Shown here: piece by piece, positions 1 to 11,959 of the stretch
How positions within the stretch are numbered: the first letter of the stretch is position 1
Layout of the letters: every line of letters starts with the position of its first letter
Translations under genes and position numbers: made by a program
Notes under the pieces: generated by a model
Told to the model about the DNA's origin: nothing
Seen by the model: the letters and a program-made list of their open reading frames with translations, nothing else
The model's database searches: none
Origin: Eledone cirrhosa
Taxonomy: Eukaryota
DNA length: 64,000 nucleotides
Direction of reading: 5' to 3'
Assembly: GCA_964016885.1 (NCBI GenBank)
Contig: OZ024743.1
Location: forward strand, 43,896,001 to 43,960,000

Positions 1-385
1 CAAAGTTTGGTTTTGATTCAAGAGATTCTGTGATGGCCTCACAGAACTTTATGCGGTGCCCCTTCTAAGCATCCTTCAGCAACATCGGTACAAGATTCGC
101 GCAGTTCTCCCGAATGTTTAAACCATCCTTGATGGTCTTCCAAATGCTGTCGCAGTTCATGCCCAGCTCACTTGGGGTCAATTGAACATTGAGCCGACGA
201 TCACCACGCACCATCTGCCTCACACGCTCAAGGTTAGACTCAAGGTCCTGCTTGTTGAATGCCTTCCGCTCTTGGTATCATCATTGAAGCTTTTGTGCCA
301 CTCGGAAACGTGTGAGCTCAATATTGTCAAGTCTTCGTACACATGCAGCCTTATTCTGAGTGATTCTCCCGCACCAGAAACATAA
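1..385 (-). mobile_element. Degenerate Tc1/mariner transposase fragment (N-terminal HTH region to linker), running off the window start
   Basis: Manual minus-strand translation across frameshifts gives ...EWHKSF..DDTKSGRHSTSRT...ERVRQMVRGDRRL...ELGMNCDSIWKTIKDGLNIRENCANLVPMLL..., resembling mariner D..RSGRP, DRR and (W)VP..L motifs. Contains stops and frameshifts. Confidence 0.7.
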
Positions 386-644
386 TATTAGTTCGTTTCT
401 CTGTAAACAACGCATGACGTCTTAAAATACAGGGGCTGTTTAAATAAAACACGTTAAAAAGCAGACAATGGCTGCCAAGAGTTGTGATCGCAGATATATG
501 CTCCCAGAATTTTATGTCACACAGTAACGCAACCCAATATTAACGCACCCAACTCATAGCTAACACAACACACTACAGTATTTTCCTTTTATGATATATA
601 TATATATATATATATTTTCTTGTATATATATATATATATATATA

Positions 645-1320
645 TATAAGTATGTACACGTACATACATATATGTATACAGACGTACAGTAGTATGTATA
701 TATATACACATACATGCACAAATATATATATGTATGTATGGATTCACCGAACATTTATCATAATGCTCGGTGTGTTTGTAAACAAACATCCAGTATTAAG
801 CCGTAGTGTCCAGAAACCATCGTTGCTCGTTTGTTCAACACTGACAAAGGAAAGCTGTATTAGTTTCAAGATTATTAGCTATCGTCAGCAACGTATGCCT
901 TCCTGCCAGATTGTTGAAGGTATATAATTACCTTATGCATATTAACGCTGAGTAGCCCAATTTGCATATCGAGTGGGTTAATCGGCCGGGTGCACCGAAA
1001 ACGATAAACGGAAAAAATGAAAAGAATTTCATTTCCCACTCTTAGTACGGCTGTTACTTAAATATAAGTATGTACACGTACATACATATATGTATACAGA
1101 CGTACAGTAGTATGTATATATATATATACATATATACAACGATGGTTGCCGGACACTACGGCTTAATACGGGATTTTGTTTACAAACACACCGAGCATTA
1201 TAATAAATGTTCGGTGAATCCATACGTACATATATATATATGTGTGCATGTATGTATATATATATACATACTACTGTACGTCTGTATACATATATGTGTG
1301 TACGTGTACATACTTATATA
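645..1320. mobile_element. Non-coding fold-back element (probable Penelope-like pLTR remnant), family A
   Basis: About 645-826 is the reverse complement of about 1137-1320, and about 1064-1125 directly repeats about 645-705. (TA)n on the left. Homologous to 33139-34045. Confidence 0.65.
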
Positions 1321-2010
1321 GAATACAATTATAGACATGACAGAGTTGGCCAACATCTACACTGGGTAATATGTCGACATTACAAAATCAAAGTTGAAGA
1401 CAAGTGGTACAATCATCACCCTGAGGCTGTAACTGATGGAGAAAGAGTAACAATTATCTGGGACTTTCCTGTACATACTGACAGGACCATAAAAGCAAAT
1501 AGACCTGACATCATTGTAAAAGATCAACATAACAAGGTTTGTTCATTGATAGATATGAGCATCCCATGTGATCACAATATCGCGGCAAAAAAATGTGACA
1601 AGCAACGAAATTATAAAGATATGCTTATTGAAATTGAGAAAATGTGGCACCTCCAGGCCGTTACAATTCCAGTGAATGTGGGAGGATTGGGAATGATCAA
1701 GAAAGGAACAGAACAATATTTTCGAATAATTCCTGGTTTACCCTCTCTGCATGAGGTGCAAACAATTGTTTTGACTGGTACTGCACACGTATTGAGAAGA
1801 GCACTATCTCTGTAAGATTGATATCCCTCCTTGTATTTACATATGCATAAGCACATGTGTATATATGTATACTGTTTTTTTTTTTTAATTATAATCAATG
1901 TGCTGTATTAACTGGCTTACCAATGCACACTGTGAATTTATTTGCCCTAGGTGTCAGGAAGACACTCGGCATATATCTCAGAAACAATAATGAAAGAAAA
2001 TAAAAATGAT
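1321..2010 (+). mobile_element. 3' fragment of an RLE (R4/Dong-like) non-LTR retrotransposon
   Basis: ORF 1207-1815 C-terminal part has RHDRVGQHLHW, KWYNHHPE, WDFPVHTD, NRPDIIV, IDMSIP and K..NYKD (restriction-like endonuclease motifs). Ends in (AAT)n. Confidence 0.9.
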
Positions 2011-2049
2011 AATAATAAAAATAATAATATTAATAATAATAATAATAAC

Positions 2050-3109
2050 GATTTCATTTATTAGCCACAAGGGCCGACATGTAGGGGACAATACAAAGAC
2101 AGGGACAGTGGGAGTTTACAATAAGGTCGAGTAAAAGTGCACGATGGCAAGACTAGTTTAGCAACTGCCACCAGACAGAGGAAATGTTCCTGCCCTTCCT
2201 AACCTAAGGAAGGCGGCGGGTCGATATTTACTATGGACTCGGCCGATAGCAGGATTCGTTCCAAACGCGACAGTAGCTGTTCGACATAACTCCACAAGTC
2301 AGTAATGCGCGGACATTGGAAAAGTGCGTGCAGAACTGTATCGTCTGACAGCCGTTCCATGCCTGTAGAGTTTATCACGAACCGGCAGTGCCCCCCGGTA
2401 GCACTGCCAAGCGAGGAATTTCTGGAAATTGTCCATCGTCCCCGGCTCGAAAGTCCTCCGGTACAGACTGGTCAGTTCGACTTCGTCGAGTCCGAAGGCT
2501 TCTCCGAGTGCGTCATCGCACTTGCCCACCACTAATCTTCTATAGATCTCGAGAGTGGAAGTTCCACTGATCGCATTGCCCGCTTGGTAGAGGGCAGTTA
2601 GTGCCTGGCAACATTCCAGGTGCCAGTCACCCAGTCTCGATGTCTTCTTGACCCAGGACTGCAGCTCAGTCAAAGAAACGAGCTCCGGAAAGGCCCGTCT
2701 GATAAACGGCGACCACACCTGTTCACTGTTTAGGCAGAATATCAGGAGATGTCGTAGCCTCAAAGCATGTCTGCGCATAATTAGCCACAGCATGCCCAGC
2801 CCTCCGCGTAGAGGGTGCTGGCAGCAGATGGACCGCTTCACTAACGGAACTTGTCCCTTCCACAAGAATTTGAAGAGGAGCCGTTCCAACTTGACGAGGC
2901 GCGGACGGGGGCAAGGCACGACGGTCAGGTGGTAGTAGATGACGGACGCAATGTACAAATTCGCCAGCTCCGCGCGACCTTTCAGTGATAGCTTCCTCCC
3001 AGCCCATTTTTGGGAGAGACTGGCTACTCTGCTCTTGTCGTCGTCCCAATTCTTTTCCACCTGGAGGTCTGGTCCGAACCAAACCCCGAGCATCTTTCCC
3101 TGTCCGTCT
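2050..3109 (-). mobile_element. 5'-truncated, internally deleted L1/Tx1-like LINE
   Basis: ORF 2299-3258 contains LGVWFG, LSLKGRA, FLWKG and RGGLG. High similarity to 3650-4600. 3' end is shared with 3143-3230. (AAT)n on both sides. Confidence 0.9.
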
Positions 3110-3416
3110 ATAATAATAACAATAATAATAATAATAATAATGATTTCATTTATTGGCCACAAGGGCCGACATATAGGGGACAATACAAAAGACAGGGACA
3201 GTGGCGTTTTACAGAAAAATCGAGTAAACACTATGAATAAACAAAGTAACAATAACAAAGTAACAATAAAGTAACAAGAAAATTACAACAAGAAAACATT
3301 CCCCAATAAGGGGGATGACCACCTAGGGGTCGCTCAGGTACCCCACCAGTCCTGAACGACCCGACGCTTCGAGAGAACCCTGGAAGGGCACCCCTCTCTT
3401 CTTCAACTTTACCTAC

Positions 3417-6400
3417 CTACAGCCGCATGACCAGAGTAGGCCCACTCACACGGGCCATTCTCGCCACATTCACCCAACTTTCAGCAAATGTACTGAGGGG
3501 CAGCACTTCTCTCTCCACCCTCACCTTCCTTTCCAAGTGAAACTTGAAAAAGTTGATGAGGGATTGGCCGAAGAGAAAAGTGTCTGTCTTCAGTCCTTTC
3601 AACCTCGTCCACCATACAACATCTTTCGCTACCGCCACCAGACAGAGGAAAATTGCCTGCCCTTCCTGGCCAAAAGAATACGGCGAACCGATCTTCACTA
3701 TGGACTCGGCCGATAGCCGGATCCATTCTACACGCGACAACAGCTGTTCAACATAACTCCACAAGTCAGTAATGCACGGACACTGGACGAGAGCGTGCAG
3801 AACGGTTTCGTCACTCTGCGCGCATCTCGGGCAGTTCCGTCTGACAGCACTTCCGTGCCTGTAGAGTTTATCTCGAACCGGCAGTGCCCCCCGGTAGCAC
3901 TACCAAGCGAGTGATGTTTGGAAATGATCCATCTTCCCCGGCTCGAAAGTCCTCCAGTACAGACTGGTTAGTTCGACTTCATTGACTCCCAGAGCCCCTC
4001 CGAGTGCGTCGTCGCACTTGCCCACCACTAATCCTCTATAGAACTCGAGAGTGGAAGTTCCACTGACCGCATTTCCCGCCTGGTAGAGGGCAGTGAGTGC
4101 CTGGCAACATTCCAGATGCCAGTCACCCAGTCTCAGTCTCTTCTTGACCCAGGACTGCAACTCAGTCAAAGAAACGAGCTGCGGAAAGGCCCGTCTGACA
4201 AACGGCGACCACACCCATTCACCGTTTAGGCAGAATATCTGGAGATGCCGCAGCCTCATCGCGTGCCTGCGCATCATTAGCCACCGCATGCCCAGCCCTA
4301 CACATAGAGGGTGCTGGCCTCAGATGGACCGCCTCACCAGCGGAACCTGACCCCTCCACAAGAATTTGAAGAGGTGCCGCTCCAGATGGCGAGGCACGAA
4401 CGGGGGCAAGGGACGACAGTCAGACGGTAGTAGATGACGGACGCGATGTACGCGTTCGCCACCTCCGCCCGACCTTTCAGTGAGAGCATCATCCCAGCCC
4501 ATTTCTGGGTGAGACTGACTACCCTACCCGTCACCTTGTCCCAATTCTTATCCACCTGGAGGTCTAGCCCGAACCAAACCCCTAGCAACTTTACCGGTCC
4601 GTCCGTCCAGCGCCTAGCGACGCTGTTGGATGGTATGGACTTGCCTCTCCAGGTGCCGAGTTGCAAGCCCACCGACGTTTCCGGGTTAAGTTTTGCTCCC
4701 GTCAACCTTTCATATTCCTCCAATAAGTTGCCGACCACCTCGATTTCTGAGGTGTCCGACACCATCACGGTGATGTCGTCCGCATAAGCCGACACAGCCT
4801 TTCCGCGTCCCGGAACGAGCGGGATGCCCTGCAACAGCTCCAGCTTCCGCAGTAAAGGCTCGAGAGTCAATACGTACAGAAAGGAGGAGAGAGCGCACCC
4901 TTCACGGACCGATCGGGACACCTGAAACGGTTCTGAGAGGTGGCGATTAATTTTGACCATCGAGCAGGTGCCGCTGTGCATTGCTGCGATCCAGCTTCTG
5001 AAGACGGGGCCGAAGCCAGCTGCATTGAGGACAGCCTCCATGTACCGATGGTCGACCCTATCGAGTGCTTTCGATTGATCTAAATTGATCAGAGCCCCAC
5101 CGAAGCCAGGTTTACACCCTACCCTCTCTATGATGTATCGCATTAGGTGGACGTTGTCGTGTATGGACCTGGTTGGGATTGCGCAAGTTTGCGCCTCCCC
5201 AACCAAATCCCCGACGACAAGCGCCAACCTGTTCGCTAACACCCTGGCCAAAATCTTAAACTCTGTGTTGAGCAGAGTTATGGGCCTGAAATTGTCTAAT
5301 GTGGCTCTCTTGTTCTCGTCTTTCCTTATCAGCGTCACCGGCTCACAGAACTGGAAATACTCTCGTTTTGCTGCCAGTTGCAGTAGAGCGCTTCGAGGAG
5401 ATTGGAGAACAAGACTGGCATGTTTACGTTAAGCTCGTAGGTCAGACCATCCAAACCGGGTGACTTGCGCCTCATGCAGCCTACAACGGCATCCTGAATC
5501 TCAGCTGAAGTAATTGGCCTTTCGCAGCGCCCAGCGTCAGCCGTCGAGAAATGCGGCAAGCCATCGAGGTAGGGACTGAAGTCCGCCACCATCTCTGACC
5601 CGCCACTCTCCCCGAACAACCGAGAAAAATGTTGGCGAAAGGCCTCACACATCCTCTTGGAATCGCTCAGCTCGAGCCCTTCTCGGTCCGTCAAAGACTG
5701 AATCGTGGTGTTATTACCACGCTGCGCCTCTGCCACGCGGGCCCATCGAACAGCTTTGGTTCCCTCGTTTCTCAGAGCGCGCGCCTTAGCTCTGACCATG
5801 CAACCTTCGTGTTTCGCATTGAAGAAATGGTATAATGCCATTCTCGCCGATAGCACATCAGTTGCAATGCCACTACCAATAGCCTCGTCTAACTTATCTA
5901 CCAACTCTCCCTCCTTTCTATTTTTCTCTAATGCTACTTCTTTGCTAAACTCTATCGACATTACTCTAATCTCTCTTTTGAGAGACCCCCACCATCTATT
6001 GTTGAAGACTCCCCCTGTCAACTTTATCTTAACTAAATTGTTGACCTGGTCTCTGTAAGCCTTACGTGCCGGAAATGACATGTTTAGCTTCCAGTAACCA
6101 TGCCCTAACCTTCGCGTCTTATCTACGTCGACCATACAGATCACAAACTTGTGATCTGAATAAGCGACCGTTTCAAAACGTGGACAGCTTACACTATTTC
6201 TGTCTATTTTCCTAATGAATATCCTGTCTATATACGATCTAGATGACCCTATGCGGTTAGCCCAGGTCCACACTTGCGCATTAGGGAAATCTAGTCGGTA
6301 CCTGTCAGACAGTTGGAACAGGCTGATCAGGTTCTTGAGGCTTTGCACCTCACCCTCCTATCGGATACTCCCACACAGTCCCAGCGTGCGTCTAAGATGC

Positions 6401-6830
6401 CGTTCCAGTCCCCCGCTAACAGTAAAGGGCGAGACGTACCCAGAAAGGCTTCCAGGCGTCTAAAGAAGTCCGGCCGTCCTGCCCCAGTAGGAGCATAGAC
6501 GGCCAGAAGTCTAAAGACACCACCTTCATTATTGTTCACGTCCAGGATCACCAACTTCCTGTCCAGATCCCGGAAGATAGACCTTACCTCAAGATCCAGG
6601 CCTTTCCTAAACAGCACTGCCACCCCGCCTCCCATTCCCGGCTGGCTAACAGATGCAAATATCTGATAGTCGTCGAAAATGGGGGCTAGTGCGCGCGTGT
6701 CGGAAATCCTGGTCTCGCTGACTGCAATTACATCCATTTCTATAGACCTGAGATCGTTGAGCAGGTGACCCTGCTTCCAGGATGATGCCAGGCCTCGAAC
6801 ATTTAAACATCCTACTCTTAATACGGCCAT
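3417..6830 (-). pseudogene. Tx1-like ORF2 (APE endonuclease plus reverse transcriptase), frameshifted
   Basis: Endonuclease motifs GCLNVRGL, SET, AVYAP, AGDWN, SYIDRIF and SDH. RT motifs KSPGLDG, NFRPITLLNTEFKI, DQSKALDRVDH, GCALS and AYADD. Several frameshifts. Confidence 0.95.
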
Positions 6831-6861
6831 GTTGGCAGGTTAAACAGAGAGAGAGGAAGGT

Positions 6862-8838
6862 TTACTTACCTTCCGGGCTCTTGTGACGGTCGGGTTGTTC
6901 GACCTCCATAGTTAGTGGGGTTTCTTTTGAGAACCGCTTTAAAAGTCTTGAAGTGGGTTTTACGTTCGGGGTTCCAACGTCCCGAGTAAAGTTGTCTCGT
7001 ATTTCTTTGAATATGTCTAGTGACATTCGAACCAGAACGAAATCTTCCGGCACGCGAAATGTGCTCGATTTAAACATTTCCCCCTCTTTTTGTATATTTT
7101 CACTTCGTGCTACGAGGGCCATCAGTTCCTTGTTGGCCCTCCTGACGAGCACGAAGTTTTGTATGTTTTGTTGGTGTGATTTTATTTGTTTGCGTGGCTG
7201 TGGTGGTAATGGTTTTGGTGGTGTTGTTTCGGTTGTATCTGTGTTTGTCGTGAGTGCGATGTCTGTGGTTTCAGATGTTTGTGTGTATATTTGTTCTTGC
7301 GTCTGTTTCGGTTGTTTGCGTTTGGGGATTCTGGTGATGGTGATGGTAGTGTTGATGTTGGTGTTATTGGAGAGATGTTTGCGTGGGTCGTGTCTGCCTT
7401 TTTTATTGTGGGTGCTTTTGTGCTTTGTTGAGTTTTTTTCTTCTTTTTGTGTTTCCTTTATTGTATTTTGGGGGATTTTGGATTTCCCTCAATTTCACTA
7501 CTGGTGGATGAGGAGTCTGTTTCTGTAAGTGTATCTGTATGTATGTTTAAGGTTTTATTGGTGTGTGTATTTTTGGGGGGAGGGGGAATTTGACAGCTTT
7601 CCTCGTTTCCCCCCAGGGTGGTCAATGTTGGTGGTGGTCTTTCTATTGGTGTCGTTGTTGGTGGTTTTGCCGGTGCAGGTGTTGGTTGTGGTCCTCGCCC
7701 CGGCGTCGGCAGCAGTGGAGCCTTTCGACCCCTTACCTCTTTCAGCAGTTGAGGGCAGAAGGCTCGCAAATGGGTTTTTTCCCCACAAACAAAACACTGC
7801 GGCCTTTTGCCTTCGATCATAATGTGAATGACAGTCCCATTCTGAAGGCGGATGTGGTCTGGGATTGTCTTTACATTCTCGGGCCTGATCTGGAGAAGGA
7901 TCTCCAGGTCAACCCCGGACCAGTCCTCTCTGGCCATTCTGGTCACTTCTATAGGGACTGTATCCGTCCCGTTCCACAATAACACATCCCAGAAGCCACC
8001 ACATGTTAAGTGTTGGTGTGATTCTGGGAATGCGGAGACGGGCCGTTCTTTTTTCCCATGTGGGAGGGGTACATTATGACCTTGCTGGTTTTGCACGGAG
8101 TAATGGCGTGTTTCATCGCGACGGCTTCTGACTTGAACAACACCGAAATGGTGCCGTACTATCTGCCCCTCTCTATGTAATGGGTGTCTTCTCTGATGCA
8201 CCTCAGCGCGACTTCGATATCTGCTTGTGTGATTAACGCTGCCCTTTTGGTTTGTGCTGAGATGCATCTATAATGCACCGTTTTGCGCTGAACTGCCTCA
8301 ATAGCTTCTACCGGGACAGTTAAGTTGGCCCAAGTTTGCTCTTGCTTGATGAGCTTCCATGCCTGGGCCAACTTTTCATCTTTGTTTGAGAGGTCCATGT
8401 TGAAGCATGGCCTTTTTTTTGCTGCTGCCGCAGCGAAAGTGGTCTTGTTTTCGTTGGGGGTGTTGTTGACGTTGTTCTTGTTGGTGTTGTTGTTAGCACT
8501 GTCGCTGTTATCATTGTTGTCTTTGCTGCCACCGTTGTTCTCGGTGCAGTTGGTATTGTTGCTGTTGGTGTTGTCGCTATTTGTTTTCATGTTAGTGGTG
8601 TTGATATTGTTGTTGTATTTGTTATTTTTTTTTTGTTATCTGTATTTTCGTTGTCGCTGTTACTGTCATTTTTTTTTCAAATTAGAGTTCTCATTGGTAT
8701 CATTGGTGTCTTTGTTTACCTTGTTTGTGGTGGTGTTTGTGTTATCAATGTGTGTTAATTTCGCTGTAGCGCTCCTCTCAACTTCTACGTCTTTGTCGCA
8801 CGACAGCCGACATATCGCTGGGTGAGTGGCTCAGCCAT
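6862..8838 (-). pseudogene. Tx1-like ORF1 (gag-like, CCHC zinc knuckle), frameshifted
   Basis: Asn/Thr-rich N-terminus, TFAAAAA motif and CFVCGEKTHLRAFC knuckle. Split over ORFs 8159-8590, 7458-8267 and 6862-7152. Confidence 0.85.
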
Positions 8839-9075
8839 GTTTTTTTTTTCTTCGTGAATTTTTGAACATGTAAAAAAAAAGTTCAAATATTTGGGCCAAG
8901 AGGCCCAAATATTATTCTTTCCCCTTCACGGGGCAAAGTCTAAGGGCTTATATCCCTTACATAACAAGAAATATTTAACAACAAATAATTTAAACAGGCA
9001 AATAAAGCGACTTACTGTGAGCTAGCAAAATACGTCCGCTTAGACCAATAATAATAATAATAATAATAATAATAA

Positions 9076-10065
9076 TTCGTGCCTGATTGTGGATGTGGCC
9101 TGCCCATTCGACACGAGAGTTCCAGAGAAGGAGTGGGAGAAAATTAGTAGGGAGCCAATGCTCAGAATTGTACTGAAGGAGAGGACAATAAACCAGGGGA
9201 TGTCCAAGGAGGAAATAACAACAAAGAGAAAGAGCAACCTTCATGAAAAATCCCTTCATAGTACCTTCTTTGAGAAAACTGAATTTAGAGATCCATAGAC
9301 AGGAACTGGTTGAAAAGAGGAGACCTTAAAAAGGCTACGGAAGGCATGCTAATGGCGGCGCAAGAGCAGGCCCTCAACACGTAGTGGCTAAAACACCATA
9401 TTTACAAGGAAGAGGCTAACCCACTGTGTAGGATCTGTGGGGAGAGAGAGGAGACTGAGGCTCACATTGTATCCGAGAGTAAACATCTAGCCCAGACTCA
9501 CTATAAAGGCTGGAGACATGATGTGATGGGCAGGGTGATCCACTGGCACCTATGCAAAGTAAACAATTTACCACATTCTGAGAAGTGGTATGAGTATAAT
9601 CCAGAGTCGGTGATAGAAAACGATCAGGTGAAGATTTTAGGATACAGAGGGACAAGAAACTGGAACACAATAGACCTGACCTGATGGTTTTGGACAAGAG
9701 AAAAATATTGTGCCTGATTGTGGATGTAGCCTGCCCATTCGACACGAGAGTGCAAGAGAAGGAGAGGGAGAACATTAACCGATACCAGGACTTAAAGTGG
9801 GAGGTAAAAAGGATTTGGAACTGCCATGAGGTCAAAGTGTTCCCAATTGTCATAGGCGCATTAGGTACTATCTTAAAGAGTTTCCAGGGATGGTTAAAGA
9901 AAATTGGCCCCGCCATGCTTTTTGGAACGCTTCAAAAGGCATCCTTGCTGGGAACAGCAATAACCGTCCGATACCTTCTGAATATCTGAGGCTGCAGGTA
10001 GTGGCTTGATATTCATTTCAACAAACTTTCCTGTTAACTAACATCAATGACTGAGACTCAAAGAA
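9076..10065 (+). mobile_element. 5'-truncated R4/Dong-like RLE LINE
   Basis: Colinear with 14627-15552. Has CRIC..ET..HI, RHD, NRPD and DVACPFD motifs. Ends in (AAT)n. Confidence 0.9.
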
Positions 10066-10066
10066 C

Positions 10067-10110
<44 letters not shown>

Positions 10111-10113
<3 letters not shown>

Positions 10114-10920
10114 TTTCTTTATTAAACACAAGGGTTTACATAAAGTAGACATTAAGGACAGTACAGGACAATACAGGACGGTACAAATGGGTATGTCTGC
10201 GTGTAAAAAAACAGAGGATGTAATAAAATAACAAAGAAAAATTTCCAATAGCCGGGAGACTTCCGAGGGACATTTGTGGAGAAAGCCCATTAAAAGACCA
10301 CAGTGACCCTGACCACCAGGGCAAGTGCCCTCTCCCAGTTTTTCACCTTTAATTTACAGACACATACTCAGAGTAGGCCCATTCACTCGGGCCACACTTG
10401 CTTCTCTCACCCATCTTTCAACAAAATGCTGGGAAGAGAGCACTTCCCTCTCTACCCTGATTTTCCATTTCAAATGAAATTTGAAAAAGTTAATCAGGGC
10501 ATCACCGAAAAGGTAAGTGCTCGTCTTCAGTCCTTTCAAACGTGTCCACCATACTATCTCTTTCGCCATGGCCACCAAACAGATAAAAACTGCCTGCCCT
10601 TCCCGGCTAAAGGAAGGGGGCGGGGCAATCCTCACGATGGACTCAGCTGATAGCTGGATCCGTCCCGCACGCGACAGCAGGTGTTCGACATAAACCCACA
10701 AGTCAGCAATGCTCGGACACTGGACTAGTGCGTGCAGGACGGTTTCATCGCCCTGCGCGCATCTCGGACATGCCCGGCTGACGGCACCTCCATGCCTGTA
10801 GAGTTTATCCCGAACTGGCAAAGCTCCTAGGTAGCACTGCCAGGCCAGGGATTACTGGAAGTTGTCAATAGGCCCCGGCCCGAAAGTTATTCCGAAGAGA
10901 TTGGCTAGTTCATTTTCGTC
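10111..10920 (-). mobile_element. 3' fragment of a related Tx1-like subfamily
   Basis: ORF 10354-10821 has CPRCAQGDETVLHALVQC (C-terminal CCHC) and parallels 3417-3900. Its 3' UTR differs. (AAT)n flanks. Confidence 0.88.
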
Positions 10921-11052
10921 AATAATAATAATAATACTAATAATAATAAAAAGCAGAAGAAGAAGAAGAAGAAGAAGAAGAAGAAGAAGGAGAAGAAGAA
11001 GAAGAAGAAGAAGAAGAAGAAGAAGAAGAAGAAGAAGAAGAAGAAGAAGAAG
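10921..11052. repeat. (AAT)n followed by a long (AAG)n microsatellite
   Basis: Direct reading. Confidence 0.97.
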
Positions 11053-11059
11053 AATACGC

Positions 11060-11900
11060 ACATGGTGGATAGAGTTTTATGGAGTCGCTCCCGTAAGTTT
11101 TTTTTTTTTACATATTTTAAACAATTGTGATAGAATAATTCTTATTACAAATTGGGACATAAGATTCCAGTCTCACTCTCAGCAAGTAACAACGCATATC
11201 ATTATGTGATATGGCTCCAATATTTAATATTTAATTTTGTATCAGAAATGTTATGGTCAATAAAGAAAATGGCTACAAATGGTCACAAATGAAAGAAAAC
11301 AACAGCCAAATAAATTCACCACCAACACCACCACCGCCGCCACTACCACCACTACCACAAAAAATGTAGCTAGATACAAACCAACAGCTGCAACAACACC
11401 ATCACTACAGTACTACTATCCGATCACCACGGTCACCACTGCATCATCGCTACCACCACTATTCCATCCCTATCTCCTGTTAAGAAAGGGATGGTAATAG
11501 TGCCACTACACATGACTAGAAGCGAGGAAGTCACCAAAAGTTATAAATAGACTGTTTTAGTGACCTGGTCAAACAGCTAACAACAACACCATAATAATTA
11601 TTGTTGTTGTATCTCTAAACTCTCTCAAAATGTTTAGTTTAAACGATGTCAAATCTAGATTATAATATAATAATAATAATGATAAGCAACACGTCGAAAA
11701 ATTACAGAACAGAACTCAGACAAAAACAAATGCAACAACAAATAAAAAACTAATTTCAAAAGCTTTGAACGCATCAACCCCTACTTCCCTCGGAGCTAAA
11801 CTCAAAAACAGCAGTATCAGCAACAACAACACTAGTAACCGATGTTACTGGCCTTGAAAAATAAAACAAACAAAAAGACTAAGTCTGACATTCAAACATT
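11060..11900 (+). mobile_element. Probable degenerate 5' end and ORF1 start of another L1/Tx1-like element
   Basis: TCGCTCCCGTAAGTTT at about 11085 matches the 5' end of the Tx1 copy at about 55978. Followed by low-complexity Thr/Asn-type (CAC/AAC) sequence. Confidence 0.45.
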
Positions 11901-11959
11901 ACAATGAAACTTATGTTTATTTTTTAAAGTTTTTATCTATTTATTTGTTTATTTATTTA

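Larger units (their letters stand above)
3141..9047 (-). mobile_element. Near full-length L1-clade (Tx1-like) LINE, frameshifted (copy 1)
   Basis: 5' UTR, ORF1, ORF2 (APE endonuclease, RT, C-terminal Cys region) and 3' UTR with AATAAA. Bounded by (AAT)n tracts at about 3110-3140 and 9048-9075. Confidence 0.95.

Noticed and set aside
428-450. TACAGGGGCTGTTTAAATAAA as the mariner terminal inverted repeat
   Set aside because: It points the wrong way to be the 5' TIR of the minus-strand transposase, and no partner is visible in the window.
6953-8825. Hydrophobic plus-strand ORFs (6953-7528, 8325-8825) resembling membrane proteins
   Set aside because: They are antisense to the A/C-rich Tx1 ORF1.
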